From assembly GCA_963761335.1 (NCBI GenBank), contig CAVXGR010000012.1, positions 576,001 through 640,000 of the forward strand: a DNA stretch of 64,000 nt, read 5' to 3'. The notes under the pieces were generated by a model. That model saw nothing but the letters and a program-made list of their open reading frames with translations. It ran no database searches and was not told the origin of the DNA. Each line of letters begins with the position of its first letter. Within the stretch, counting starts at the first letter, position 1. Below are positions 1 to 10,400 of the stretch, in pieces. The position numbers were made by a program, and so were the translations under genes. This DNA is from an uncultured delta proteobacterium (GTDB lineage Bacteria; Desulfobacterota; Binatia; HRBIN30; BPIQ01).

Positions 1-249
1 CTGGTGCAGCGGGTGGCCAACATCGCCGGCATTCCCGTAGTCGTCGGCCGCGAGCCGGAGAGCGCCGCTCTCGGGTGCGCCGTGCTGGTGGCGGCGGGCG
101 TGGGGACCTACGAGTCGATCGCCGCCGCGGCGCGCGGCATGGTGGCCGTGAGTGAGGTCCTACCCCACGCCGACGCCCACGACCGCTACGAGCCCCTCTA
201 CGCCAAGTGGCGCGAGCTCTATCAACAGATGGAGCAGCTCTCCCTTTGA
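1..249 (+). CDS. FGGY-family carbohydrate kinase, C-terminal fragment (runs off window start)
   Basis: ESAALGCAVLVAAGVG...Y-x3-Y-x2-W-x3-Y C-terminal pattern of FGGY kinases; TGA at 247-249. Confidence 0.75.
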   Translation: MVQRVANIAGIPVVVGREPESAALGCAVLVAAGVGTYESIAAAARGMVAVSEVLPHADAHDRYEPLYAKWRELYQQMEQLSL

Positions 250-254
250 GGCCT

Positions 255-430
255 GGTGCTGCGGGGGCGCGGTGTTGAGGTGTTGGGGTGTTGGGGTGTT
301 GGGGTGTTGGGTGTTGGTAAGAAGGGGTGAACTGACCTAACAACCTAACAACGTAGCAACCAACAACCCGCCCGCAGCCAACGGGCATCCCGTTGGGCAA
401 AGCCACCCCAACACCCCAACAACTAACACC
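255..430. repeat. Intergenic 8-bp-period element: (GGTGTTGG)n arm, then complementary (CTAACAAC/CCAACACC)n arms
   Basis: Tandem GGTGTTG(G/A) at 271-317; complementary tracts at 335-368 and 406-430; hairpin CCAACGGG-cat-CCCGTTGG at 378-396. Confidence 0.85.
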
Positions 431-450
431 TCGCCCGCCGCCCGCCGCCC

Positions 451-479
451 TCGACGCCTGAAGCGGGCTCCGCTATCAT
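451..479 (+). promoter_or_regulatory. Putative sigma70-type promoter of lgt (TCGACG-N17-TATCAT)
   Basis: 17-nt spacing; -10 ends 9 nt before the ATG; no Shine-Dalgarno. Confidence 0.5.
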
Positions 480-488
480 CCCCGATCG

Positions 489-1307
489 ATGTACCCGATT
501 CTCTTCCATCTGGGGCCACTCACCATCTACAGCTACGGCGCCATGATGGCGCTGGCGTTTCTGAGCGCCGCCTTCCTCACCTCGAAGGAGCTGGAGCGGC
601 ACGGCTATGACGGCGAGCTGGCCTCGTCGCTGGTCGTCTGGGCGGCGGTCGGAGGGCTGGCGGGGGCGCGGCTGTGGGCTGTCCTCGATGATTTCTCCAA
701 CTTCCTGCGCAACCCCCTCCATTTCCTGTTCAGCGGCGCCGGCTTCGTCTTCTACGGCGGCCTGATCGGCGGCTTTCTGGCGGTCAGCTTCGCGATTTAT
801 CGCTACGGTCTCCCCTGGCTCACCACGGTCGACTGCATCGCCCCGGGCCTCGCCCTGGCGCACGCCATCGGCCGCATCGGCTGCGAGCTCGCCGGCGACG
901 GCGACTGGGGTCGCCCCAGCACCCTGCCGTGGGCCCACAGCTATCCGAACGCCATCATCGGCTGGAAGGAGTGGGCCGCATCGTCGGGGTACCCCCCCGA
1001 CATCCGCGTGCACCCGACGCCGATCTACGAGACCATCGCCTACACGGCGATCTTTCTGCTCCTCTGGCGGCTGCGCAAGCGCCCCTGGCCGGCGGGCTCG
1101 CTCTTCTGGCTCTACCTGGTGCTGGCGCCTGCCGCCCGCTTCCTCGTCGAGTTCGTGCGCATCAACCCGCGCGTCCTCCTCGGCCTGACCGAGGCGCAGC
1201 TGACCTCGCTGGCGCTCATGGCCGTGGGCGCGGTGATGTTGCTGATCAGCTTCCGCCGCGCCGAGGTCGAAGAGACGCCGGCGATGCCGCTCCGCGCCGC
1301 CAAGTGA
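489..1307 (+). CDS. lgt: Prolipoprotein diacylglyceryl transferase
   Basis: I-Y-S-YG, GARL, FYGGLIGG, GRIGC, HPTPIYE, RFLVEFVR motifs; multi-TM. Confidence 0.95.
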   Translation: MYPILFHLGPLTIYSYGAMMALAFLSAAFLTSKELERHGYDGELASSLVVWAAVGGLAGARLWAVLDDFSNFLRNPLHFLFSGAGFVFYGGLIGGFLAVSFAIYRYGLPWLTTVDCIAPGLALAHAIGRIGCELAGDGDWGRPSTLPWAHSYPNAIIGWKEWAASSGYPPDIRVHPTPIYETIAYTAIFLLLWRLRKRPWPAGSLFWLYLVLAPAARFLVEFVRINPRVLLGLTEAQLTSLALMAVGAVMLLISFRRAEVEETPAMPLRAAK

Positions 1308-1843
1308 TGCGCCGCTGGGGAATTCCGATCGCGGCCCTGGTGCTGCTCATGGCCGGGGCCTTCTGGTATCAGGAGCGCCTGAGCCGCTCGCGCGCCAGCT
1401 TTCCGGCGCCCGACTTCTCGGTCATCGACCTGCAGGGGAACCACCACCGGCTGAGCGAGTTTCGCGGCAAGGTGGTGCTGCTCAACATCTGGGCCACCTG
1501 GTGCGCTCCCTGCCGCCAGGAGATGCCGTCGATGGAGGTCCTGCAGCGCAAGTTCGAGGGCCGTGACTTCGTCATCCTCGCCGTCAGCCAGGACGAGGAC
1601 GGACGCAGCGCCGTGGAGCCCTTCGTCAAGGAGTTCGGACTGACCTTCCCGGTCATGCTCGATCCCCAGGGCGAGGTGGGACAGAAGTACGGCGTCACCG
1701 GGTACCCGGAGACCTTCCTGATCGACAAGAGCGGCACCGTGCAGCTTCGCCATATCGGCTTCGCGAACTGGGCCGACGAGCGCAATCAGAGCGAGATCCT
1801 GAAGCTCATCGGCGCACCTGCGGGCTCACCCGCGTCGACATGA
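1307..1843 (+). CDS. TlpA/ResA-family thiol-disulfide oxidoreductase
   Basis: N-terminal TM anchor, GKVVLLNIWATWCAPC-x2-EMP, YPETFLID; ATG overlaps lgt TGA. Confidence 0.92.
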   Translation: MRRWGIPIAALVLLMAGAFWYQERLSRSRASFPAPDFSVIDLQGNHHRLSEFRGKVVLLNIWATWCAPCRQEMPSMEVLQRKFEGRDFVILAVSQDEDGRSAVEPFVKEFGLTFPVMLDPQGEVGQKYGVTGYPETFLIDKSGTVQLRHIGFANWADERNQSEILKLIGAPAGSPAST

Positions 1844-3129
1844 CTCCGGCGGTCGCCGGCCGGGTGACGCAGGTCCTGACCTTGTCGTTGCTGCTGGCGG
1901 CAGCGCTGCCGGCGACCGCCGCCGATCGGCGCAGCTATGCCGTCGACTACATCGTCGACGTCCCGGCGAATCACAAGACGCTGCACGTGCGCTGGGAGCT
2001 CGCCGGCGCCGAGGAGATTCGCAGCCTGGTGCTGCACGCGCCGCCCGAGCGCTTCTCCAAGTTTCGCGGCAGCGGCCGCGTCGAGGTCGAGGGCGACCGG
2101 GTGCGCTGGTCCCCGGGCGGCCCCTACGCACACCTCGAGTACGACGTGGGCGTCGACCATGCGCGCGGCAGCAAGGGCCGCTATGACAGCTACGCCGCCG
2201 ACGGCTGGATCCTGGCACGGGCGCGCGATCTCTTTCCGCGCACCGCCGTCGACTGGAGCGAGAGAAACGGCAGCGGCGCACCGCGCTCGCGCGCCCGCCT
2301 GATCTTCCATCTGCCCGCCGGCTGGACGAGCGCCACCGCCAATCCCAGCGCCGGCGAGAACGTCTACTCTATCCGCGACAGCGGCAAGGCCATCGATCGC
2401 GTGCGCGGCTGGATGGCGCTCGGCAAGCTGACGCAGAGCCACCAGGAGATCGACGGCATCATGGTGCGGGTCGCGCAGGCGCCGGGATCGAAGCTCGCCG
2501 CCGAGGATATCTTCGCCTTTCTCGGCGACACGCTGCCGCGGCTGCGACAAATCATCGGCAGGGGCCCGGAGGAGCTTCTCATCGCCACCGCCCCCGATCC
2601 CATGTGGCATGGCGGCCTCAGCGCGCAGAGCTCCCTCTTCCTCCACGGAGACCGGCCACTGCGCACTCCGGACAAGACCTCGCCCATTCTACATGAGCTC
2701 TTTCACGTGCTGCAGCCGTTCAGCGTCGGACAGGACGCCGACTGGATCGCCGAAGGCCTGGCGGAGTTCTACTCTCTCGAGCTGCAGCAGCGCGCCGGTC
2801 TGCTGAATGCCCGCGGCTTCACCCGCGGGCTGCGCGACTTCGCCCGCTTCGGCGCCTGGAACGTCGACCTGCGCAAGCAATCGGACAATGCCGCCACCAA
2901 CAACAGCGCACCGCTGGTGATGTACGCCCTCGATCAGCGCATCCAGCACGCCACCGCCGGCCAGAAGCGTCTCGACGACGTCGTCCACCTGCTCTGCGAG
3001 GAGGGCGGCAGCGTCGACACCGAGCGCTTCCGCCGCGCCGCCGCCAAGGTCGCCGGCAAGTCACTCACCCGCTTCTTCGAACGGCACGTCGCCCGGGGCG
3101 AGATGCCGAAGTGGGAGCGCGGGCACTAG
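1840..3129 (+). CDS. Secreted gluzincin-type zinc metallopeptidase (M1/M61-like catalytic motif)
   Basis: Signal peptide; HELFH then WIAEGLAEFY; ATGA overlap with tlpA. Confidence 0.65.
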   Translation: MTPAVAGRVTQVLTLSLLLAAALPATAADRRSYAVDYIVDVPANHKTLHVRWELAGAEEIRSLVLHAPPERFSKFRGSGRVEVEGDRVRWSPGGPYAHLEYDVGVDHARGSKGRYDSYAADGWILARARDLFPRTAVDWSERNGSGAPRSRARLIFHLPAGWTSATANPSAGENVYSIRDSGKAIDRVRGWMALGKLTQSHQEIDGIMVRVAQAPGSKLAAEDIFAFLGDTLPRLRQIIGRGPEELLIATAPDPMWHGGLSAQSSLFLHGDRPLRTPDKTSPILHELFHVLQPFSVGQDADWIAEGLAEFYSLELQQRAGLLNARGFTRGLRDFARFGAWNVDLRKQSDNAATNNSAPLVMYALDQRIQHATAGQKRLDDVVHLLCEEGGSVDTERFRRAAAKVAGKSLTRFFERHVARGEMPKWERGH

Positions 3130-3156
3130 GAGCTGCGGGAGCGCGGCCCGCCTGGA

Positions 3157-3558
3157 GGCGGCCTCGAAACCCAACTCCGCCGGCCCGCGGGCCGAGGTAG
3201 AAGCGGCGTCTCGCCGCTTCGGCAGCGCCGGGACGGCGCTTCTACTTTATCGAAGGACCCGGAATGTTTCCGACACCCTGAGATAAGGAGGACCCTCATC
3301 GTGGCGAAAAAGAAGATGGCACGCAGTTCAAGGCGGCAGCGCCGCAGTCGCCGACGGCGGCCTCGAAACCCAACTCCGCCGGCCCGCGGGCCGAGGTAGA
3401 AGCGGCGTCTCGCCGCTTCGGCAGCGCCGGGACGGCGCTTCTACCTTGCCGAAGGACCCGGAATGTTTCCGAGACCCTGAGATAAGGAGGACCCTCATCG
3501 TGGCGAAAAAGAAGATGGCACGCAGTTCAAGGCGGCAGCGCCGCAGTCGCCGACGGCG
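3157..3558. repeat. 199-bp tandem duplication containing a REP doublet and the 3' end of the adjacent gene
   Basis: Near-identical copies start at 3157 and 3356 (GGCGGCCTCGAAACCCAACTCC...) with only a few substitutions. Confidence 0.95.
3197..3245. repeat. GTAG-type REP doublet, copy 1 (copy 2 at 3396-3444)
   Basis: GTAGAAGCGGCGTCTCGCCGCTT ... AGCGCCGGGACGGCGCTTCTAC; each half is itself a hairpin. Confidence 0.85.
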
Positions 3559-4366
3559 CGGGGCTCTGCAAGGAGCGCGCTTTTTGCGTGCGCATCGCAT
3601 CTCTCAGCTCTGCGCGGTTGGTCCCCAAGGTTCGCAACGTTGGAAGCACGCCATGTTCGAGAAAATGCCGGGTGCTGATGCCGGCCCCCGAGCTTCGCAG
3701 CCGTTCCTGGTAGTCTGGAATGAGACCGTCTCCAGGCATCTTGAACTGCGAGAGCACAGTGGCGAGATCGGCGATCGTACCGGCCCGATCTTCCGCCAGC
3801 TCGAGCCCGACCATGGTGCGATAGAACCCGGCATGCGCCGCCTCATCCCTGCTCACGTAAGTGAAGATGGCTTCGAGCACCTGGTCACCTTCGCGATGGG
3901 CTTTGTCCTTCTGCTCTTTGTAGGCCAGGTAGGTTGCCGCTTCCTGGAGGGCGCCGTAGCACACCATTTCCCGGCGCGTCGGAAAGGGCAGGCTCCATGC
4001 CTTTGAGAACACCAGGTTTTCGAAGGCCGTAAACTCCGGCTCCGAGCGCAGGCCGGATCGCGTCAGATACTCCCGAAAGGCCAACCCATGCTTGGACTCT
4101 TCGTAGCTCCAGCATGCCTGAAACCATGCGGCGCCGAACACCGAGCGGGTGAGATTGACACCCCCGGCGCTGTAGTCGGGCAGGTACAGCTCCTCGGCAC
4201 AGAAGGTTTCGATGGCCAGCGCTTTCTGGTCGCAATTTTTTGATGGATCGAGCCTCTCCCAGGGGATGTCATTGAAAACGCTCCAGCGCCGCTTGTGCTC
4301 CGCGGTCTCGAAGAACTCGAGATAGGTGCGATACACCTTCTCGCGAAGGGCTGGCGAGGCGCTCAC
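3527..4366 (-). CDS. Acyl-ACP desaturase-like ferritin-fold di-iron protein
   Basis: EELYLPDY, W-x2-EESKHG, LQEAAT, RDEAAH di-iron motifs; probable GTG start at 4366 (ORF track extends to 4420). Confidence 0.8.
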   Translation of the reverse strand: MSASPALREKVYRTYLEFFETAEHKRRWSVFNDIPWERLDPSKNCDQKALAIETFCAEELYLPDYSAGGVNLTRSVFGAAWFQACWSYEESKHGLAFREYLTRSGLRSEPEFTAFENLVFSKAWSLPFPTRREMVCYGALQEAATYLAYKEQKDKAHREGDQVLEAIFTYVSRDEAAHAGFYRTMVGLELAEDRAGTIADLATVLSQFKMPGDGLIPDYQERLRSSGAGISTRHFLEHGVLPTLRTLGTNRAELRDAMRTQKARSLQSPAPSATAALPP

Positions 4367-4639
4367 CGCTGACCTACGTGCGCCGCGGCGGCGGAGCAAC
4401 ACCTTGGGTCGATGCCCCAATTGAGGTGAGAAACACTCCGAGGATGAAGAGGTCTTATAATAGTTCCTTTCTTAGCTCACCCTGGATTCTTACAGAGGCA
4501 GAGCCGCAGCCGAAAGATCGCACTTCTACGCGCGTAGTTCTACCTGCGGCCCTGGATAATTCCTGGGCCACAGCCGTGCCCGCACCAGTGCCCCTGCCCG
4601 TCCTTGGAGCGGGCGAGGAGAACGGGCGAAGCACGGTCA

Positions 4640-7462
4640 CTAGAAGATCGCCCCGATGGTGAAGTGCACGGCGCCGATCGACTCGCCGCTGCGGCGGTCG
4701 AGCTTGAAGCCGTACTCGAGGCTGATCGGACCGACCGGGGTGGCGTAGCGGAGTCCCAGCCCGGCGCTGCGGCGGAAGTCGTGGACGCTGATCGGGCCGT
4801 TCTGCAGGTAGAGGCCGCCGCCGTCGGCGAAGGTGACGCCGCTGAAGCCGAAGACCAACGGGAAGCGCAGCTCCGTGTTGACGTTCAGCGACAGGTCACC
4901 GCCGAGGGGCTCGCGCTCCGCGGGCCTGTTGCCCGGCGGCAGCGCGCCGCCGCCGACCGGGCCGATGCTGTTCTCGCTGAAGCCGCGCACCGTGGTGCGG
5001 CCGCCGAGGAAGAAGCGCTCGCGGATGGGCACCGTCAGCCGGCCGTCGAGCGGCCGTGCCCAGCCGGTGCGCAGCGAGTAGACGAAGGTCAGGTCGTCGA
5101 TCAGCGGAATGAACTGCGCGTGCTGGGTGGTGAGCTTGAGGAAGTCGACACCCGAGATCCCGGGGACCGTGTAGCGAAGCTTCACGGACTCGATGTAGCC
5201 CGTGGTCGGGTTGAACGGATCGTTGCGCCGGTCGAAGGTGAGCAGCGGCCCGAAGGTGATGGTGCGCAGAAAGCCCTGATCAGGGACGCGGCCGAGCACC
5301 AGGCGCGGGTCGGTGGCGACCTCGAGAGGCACGTCGAAGACGGTGCTCTGATCGAGCTGGAGCTCGCCGCCGACGGTGAGCGCCGGCAACAGCTCCCGCT
5401 GCAGCGAGGTGAGCAACGCCTGGCGCTCGATGCTGTAGCGCTGAATCTCGCGGACGCTCCGCTGCAGGATGAAGTTGCTCTGCGACACCCAGTCGCTGCC
5501 GAGCAAGCGCGGCTCGCGGAAGCCGAGGTTCGACAGATACTCGTCCGGGGTGAATCCGGTGGGCGAGAGGTTCATCTCGGCGCGCAGGCTGATCTTGCGC
5601 GCCGTGCCGAAGAGATTGTCGTAGCTCGCCTCGGTGAACAGGCGCAGCCCGAGCTCGGTGTTGTATCCGAACCCGTACTGGATGGATCCCGGCTCGCGCT
5701 CCTCGACGCGCACCGCGATCGGCGCCGGCTTGGCATCGGGAAGGGGCGGACCAACGTCCTCCACCGGTCGCACCGTCACCCGGCGGAACAGGCCGAGCTT
5801 GTAGACGTTCGCCTGCCCCTGCAGCAGACCCTCGGCGTTGTACGGATCGCCTTCCTTGAAGTCGAGCTCGCGCAGGATGATGCGGTCGAGGGTGAGCTGA
5901 TTGTTCTCGACGACCACCGGTCCGAGCTGCTTGTACTCCCCGGGCGCGGCGACGAAGTGCACCTTGGTCTCGACGATGCCCCCGGAGCGGACCTCGTCGA
6001 CGGTGTCATTCACCTCCGCGTCCGGGTAGCCGAGCCGCGCCAGAGCCAGGGTGAGCTGCGACGTGTCGTCCTCGACCGCCTGGGGGCTGTACGGCTCGCC
6101 GACCTGTGTCTTCAGCTTCGGAATCTCGAAACCCTGGGTGAAGTCGTCGAAGGTCAGGTCCTCGACGATGCTGCGCGGCCCCTCCTCGATGACGATGGTC
6201 AGGGTGATGGTGCCGTTCTCCTCGTCGAACTGGGTGCGGCTGTCGACCACCTGGGCCGACTGGAAGCCGAGGCGGCGATAGAGAAACCAGATGTTGCTCA
6301 GGTCCTCCCGCAGCGTGTCGTCGGCCAGTGCGCCGCTGCTGACGAGACCGTGCCAGCTGCGCGGCGCCGTCTGCATCACCTCGCGCAGGCGGCTGTCGGG
6401 AACCACGTCGTTTCCGGAGATGTCGATCTCGTCGATGAAGAACTGCTCTCCTTCGTCGACGTCGAGCTCGACAACCTCGGGGGTCTCGTCGTCGTTGATG
6501 ATGAGCTTGACGTCGGCGCGGTAGTAGCCGCGTTGCTGATAGGCGCGCTTGGCCTTCTGCGCCAGCGTTCGCCAGGTTCCGTCGGTGACGATCGGCCGGT
6601 TCTTCAGGTTGATCAGATCGAGGATGTCGCCCCGAGACATGGCGTGGTTGCCGCGGAAGACGAGCTCGTAGGGCGGCCCGGCGCGCACGTTCAGCACCAG
6701 CGTGCCCGAGCGGCTCCCGGCCGGCAGCTGCCAGTCGCTGTCCACGGCCGCCGTGTAGTAGTCCTTGTCGCGGTACATGGCGATGACGTTCTTGCGCGCC
6801 TGGCGCTCGGTATCGCGCTTGTACGGATCGCCGATGTCGACGCCGGTGGCGTCCCTGACCTCCTCGGCGGAGAAGACCGGCGTACCTTCGATGACGATCG
6901 CGCCGACCACCGTCGGCTCGTTTTCGCGGATGACGTAGGTGACGTTGACCTCGCGCCAGCCCTTGTCCCGGCGCTCGATGCGATAGTCGATCTGGGCGTC
7001 GAGATATCCGTCGCGGTGGTAGAGCTCGCGCAAGCGGTCGGCGGCCGCATGCAGTGTCTCGTCATCCGCCTCGCTTCCCACCGGCAGGCGCAGGCGCTTC
7101 AGCAGATTGGCCTTCCAGAAGTGGTCGTTCCCCTCGACGTCGACCGAGTTCACGAAGATCTTGCGCACCAGGTGGAAGACGACCTCAACGCCGCTCGGGT
7201 TGGGAATCACCTCGGGGTCGACGCTCGACCACAGGCCCTTGAGCTCGAGCAGGCGCACCGACTCCTGCAGATCCTGCGAGGTCAGCGGCTTCCCGACCTG
7301 CAGCGGCAGGAGCTCTCGCCGCAGAGAGCGCGGATCGATCCGCGCCGTGGCGTCGAAGCGGATGGCGGTGACCGGACGCCCCCACTGCTCGGCGGCATCC
7401 TGCGCATGTGCCGCCGCCACCAGGACGACGCACGCCAGGGCGACCGCGGAAGGCCGCCTCAC
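4640..7462 (-). CDS. Omp85-family outer membrane insertase (BamA/TamA-like), about 7 POTRA domains
   Basis: Signal peptide after GTG 7462 (overlaps tamB stop); repeated POTRA units; ERFFLGG-x2-TVRGF; GLGLRYATPVGPI; C-terminal F. Confidence 0.92.
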   Translation of the reverse strand: MRRPSAVALACVVLVAAAHAQDAAEQWGRPVTAIRFDATARIDPRSLRRELLPLQVGKPLTSQDLQESVRLLELKGLWSSVDPEVIPNPSGVEVVFHLVRKIFVNSVDVEGNDHFWKANLLKRLRLPVGSEADDETLHAAADRLRELYHRDGYLDAQIDYRIERRDKGWREVNVTYVIRENEPTVVGAIVIEGTPVFSAEEVRDATGVDIGDPYKRDTERQARKNVIAMYRDKDYYTAAVDSDWQLPAGSRSGTLVLNVRAGPPYELVFRGNHAMSRGDILDLINLKNRPIVTDGTWRTLAQKAKRAYQQRGYYRADVKLIINDDETPEVVELDVDEGEQFFIDEIDISGNDVVPDSRLREVMQTAPRSWHGLVSSGALADDTLREDLSNIWFLYRRLGFQSAQVVDSRTQFDEENGTITLTIVIEEGPRSIVEDLTFDDFTQGFEIPKLKTQVGEPYSPQAVEDDTSQLTLALARLGYPDAEVNDTVDEVRSGGIVETKVHFVAAPGEYKQLGPVVVENNQLTLDRIILRELDFKEGDPYNAEGLLQGQANVYKLGLFRRVTVRPVEDVGPPLPDAKPAPIAVRVEEREPGSIQYGFGYNTELGLRLFTEASYDNLFGTARKISLRAEMNLSPTGFTPDEYLSNLGFREPRLLGSDWVSQSNFILQRSVREIQRYSIERQALLTSLQRELLPALTVGGELQLDQSTVFDVPLEVATDPRLVLGRVPDQGFLRTITFGPLLTFDRRNDPFNPTTGYIESVKLRYTVPGISGVDFLKLTTQHAQFIPLIDDLTFVYSLRTGWARPLDGRLTVPIRERFFLGGRTTVRGFSENSIGPVGGGALPPGNRPAEREPLGGDLSLNVNTELRFPLVFGFSGVTFADGGGLYLQNGPISVHDFRRSAGLGLRYATPVGPISLEYGFKLDRRSGESIGAVHFTIGAIF

Positions 7463-10400
7463 TTCACATCCCCCGGGCAGAGCCCCACCACCGAGAGGCA
7501 GGGAAGATGGCGGAAGCGGTGGCGGAACTTGATGTCGCCGCCGAAGGTGCCCGCCTGCGACTCGGTCTGGCTCTTCCACTGCCCCTGGACGGATATCGAC
7601 GGCGTCAGCTGGTACTCGAGGCCGGCGCTGTTGCGCGTCTCCGCACCGAACGTGCTTCCCACCGTGGCGCTCAGCTGCTCGGTGATGTCCTTGCCGATGG
7701 TCAGACGCGGCTCGAAGGAGCCGGTGGTCGGCGAGAAGGTGGGCTCGATCTGCAGCCGGTCCACCGGCAGCACCTGGGTGATGTCGCGGCTCAGCTGTCG
7801 GCCGTAGAGCGACGGCGCCAGAGAAAGGATGTCGGCGGCAGCGGCGCCGCCACCGGCGCGCTGCAGCTGGGCCGAGGTCTTGCCCAGAGTGAGCAGGGCG
7901 AAGACGTCGGTCTGCGTCAGGTTCGCGTCGTCAGAGCTGAGGACGACGCGAAAGTTCTGCATGGTGCCGACCACCTGCGCGGTGACGTCGTAATCCGTCT
8001 CCGCCGTCTGCACGGTGGCGGTGGCGGTGAAGTGCAGATCCGGGTTGATCTGCGGCTGGTTGTTGAAGTCGATCGTGCCCTCGATGAGCTCGAGCTGCTC
8101 GCGGCCGACGACCACCTGCCCGGAGAGCAGCTCGACGCGCCCGTCGAGCCGCGGCGCCGCGGCGGTGCCGAGAACCCGCAGGTCGACGCGGAACTCGGCG
8201 GTGGCTACCGGGGTGTCGACATAGACGCCATCGGTCGCCACCACGTGCAGGTTGAGACGGACGGTGGTGCCGCCCTTCTGCGTCGGCCGGCCGACCCGCT
8301 GCACCTGGCGGCGCAACGACGGCATCAGGTCCTGCAGGCCGATGTCGCGGCTGTAGACGGCGCTGAGAATGGTGATCTGCCCGTCCACGGTGAGGTTCGA
8401 CCAGCTCCCCGTGACCTTGCCGGTCCCGGAGAGCCGGTCCTCGAGATCTTCGAGAAAGCCGGTGCTGATATCGACGAACTGCCAGCTCAGATCCGGGCCG
8501 GTCGCCATGTCCACCCCGCCCTGCACCGAGAAGTCGCCGCCGCCGAGCTTGCCCTGGATGCCGGTGACCTCGATCTGGTTCTGGTGCAGCTGGAAGCTGC
8601 CGTTGGCGTCGGTCACGCCGAAGGGAAGCCCGAAGTCGATGGCGAGGTTCTGCAGGTTGCCGCCGCCGCTCAGCGACCAGGCGCCGCCGCTGCGGCGGAT
8701 GTTGGCGTCGACGTTGAGATGACCGCGGGCGGAGGTGATCACCTGGCCGGCGAGCTCGAGGATCGCCGCGTCGGTGTCGGCGGTAACGTTCACCTGCATC
8801 GGGCCGCCCAGCTCGACGTAGCCGCTCGCCTGCAGGCGGCCGAGAGCGCCGCCGAGCTGCAGAGAACCGATGTCGAAGCGGCCCTTGTGGCCGGTGATCA
8901 CCACGGGTTGCTGGGCGCTCAGCGCCAGGCCGGAGCGGCTGATCTCGAGCTGCGGCAGGCGCAGCTCCATGTCGAGGGAGGCGGTCGGCTCCGAGAGCCT
9001 GCCCTTGGCGGTGAGCGTTCCGCTGGTGCGGACGGCGAGATCGGCTTCGGGCGACAGGGCCGGACCGAGGTCGACGGTATCGAGGATGACTTCGAAGTCG
9101 TAGGGATAGCCGGCGGCGCTGCGCACCGTGCCGTCGGCGACGAGCTTCTGCGAGGGCGTGCCGATGTGCAGGCTCCAGCCCTGGGGCACCGACTGGGCCT
9201 TTGCGGTGACCTGGCCGATGTCGCGATTCTCGACCTTCACGTCCTGAAGGATTACCTGGGCCTCACCCGCGGGCTGGCGGAGGCTTCCGGTGATATTGGC
9301 CTGGACGACGGCGGTGCCCTCGAGGTTCTGCCCCATCTTCTGGATGAAGCCGAAGCCGTCGAGGGCCCAGGGCATCGACTGCGCCTGCAGCGACACCTGC
9401 TCGGTTCCGGTGCCATGCCCCTCGAGCGTGAGCGTCTCTCCCTCGCGGTGTTGGATCTGCGCGTCGACCTTCCAGCTCTTGCCGGTGACCTCCACGTCGG
9501 CGTGCACCGAGGAAAACCGCTCCGTGGCCAGCGCCAGCGGCTTGCCGTTCAGCTGGCCGCTGAGCTGCAGATTGCTCCATTCTCCCTGGGCGCTCGCCTG
9601 TGCGGTCAGCTCGCCCGACATGTACGGCAGGTCGAGACCCAGTCCGTTGGCCACCGTCCACATGGCCTCGAGGTCGACGTTCTGCACATCCACCTGCCAG
9701 GAGTTCTCCGCGCCGTTCTGCAGGGCGACGCGCCCGTTCACCGCCGCCCGCCCGCCCACGGCACGCACCTCGATCTGCTTGGCGACGAGATCTTTCTCCG
9801 TCGCCTCGAAGCCGCCGCTGACGGCGTCGATGCGCACCCCCTGAACCACCACGCCATTGGCGGCAATGTCGCCGCTGATCGCCGGCGAAGAAGTGGTGCC
9901 GCCGATGGCGGCGGTCAGACGCACGGAGCCACCCTGCAGGGTGGGCTCCAGGGGCCGGAGCACCGCGGTGTTGGGCACGGAGATCTCCACATGGCCGTCC
10001 AGAGACTGGTTCGCCCCGACCTGAACCTTCGCCTGGATCGCCTCCGCGCCGTTCAGCCGAACGCTGGCGTCGGCGCTGCCGCTGCCGCCGGCGAGGCTCG
10101 CCTCGGCGTGCGCCGCGACCTCGAGCCCGCTGCCCGCGTACGAGGCGCGGCGCACTCCCTGCAGAGCGGCATCGAAATTTCCCTGCTCGACGGCGAACGG
10201 CGAAATGGTGCCCGCCGCCGTCAGCTCGGCACTGCCGCTCCCCTCGAGATTGGCGACGCCGAGCCGCGGCCCGAGAGCGGCGAGGTCAATGCCGCTGACC
10301 TGGACCTTGGCGTCGAACGGATAGGCGCCCTCGATCGTCAGCGCCGCGTTCCCGGCGAGCTGCAGGCCCTCGCCGCGGACATCCAGGTCGGAGACCTGCA

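Noticed and set aside
255..430. Short repeats considered as a CRISPR array
   Set aside because: Units are 7-8 nt with no unique spacers; no cas genes in the window
4421..4639. A/T-richer intergenic stretch with weak hexamer repeats (GTGCCC-like)
   Set aside because: Too degenerate to define an element; no matching copy in the window
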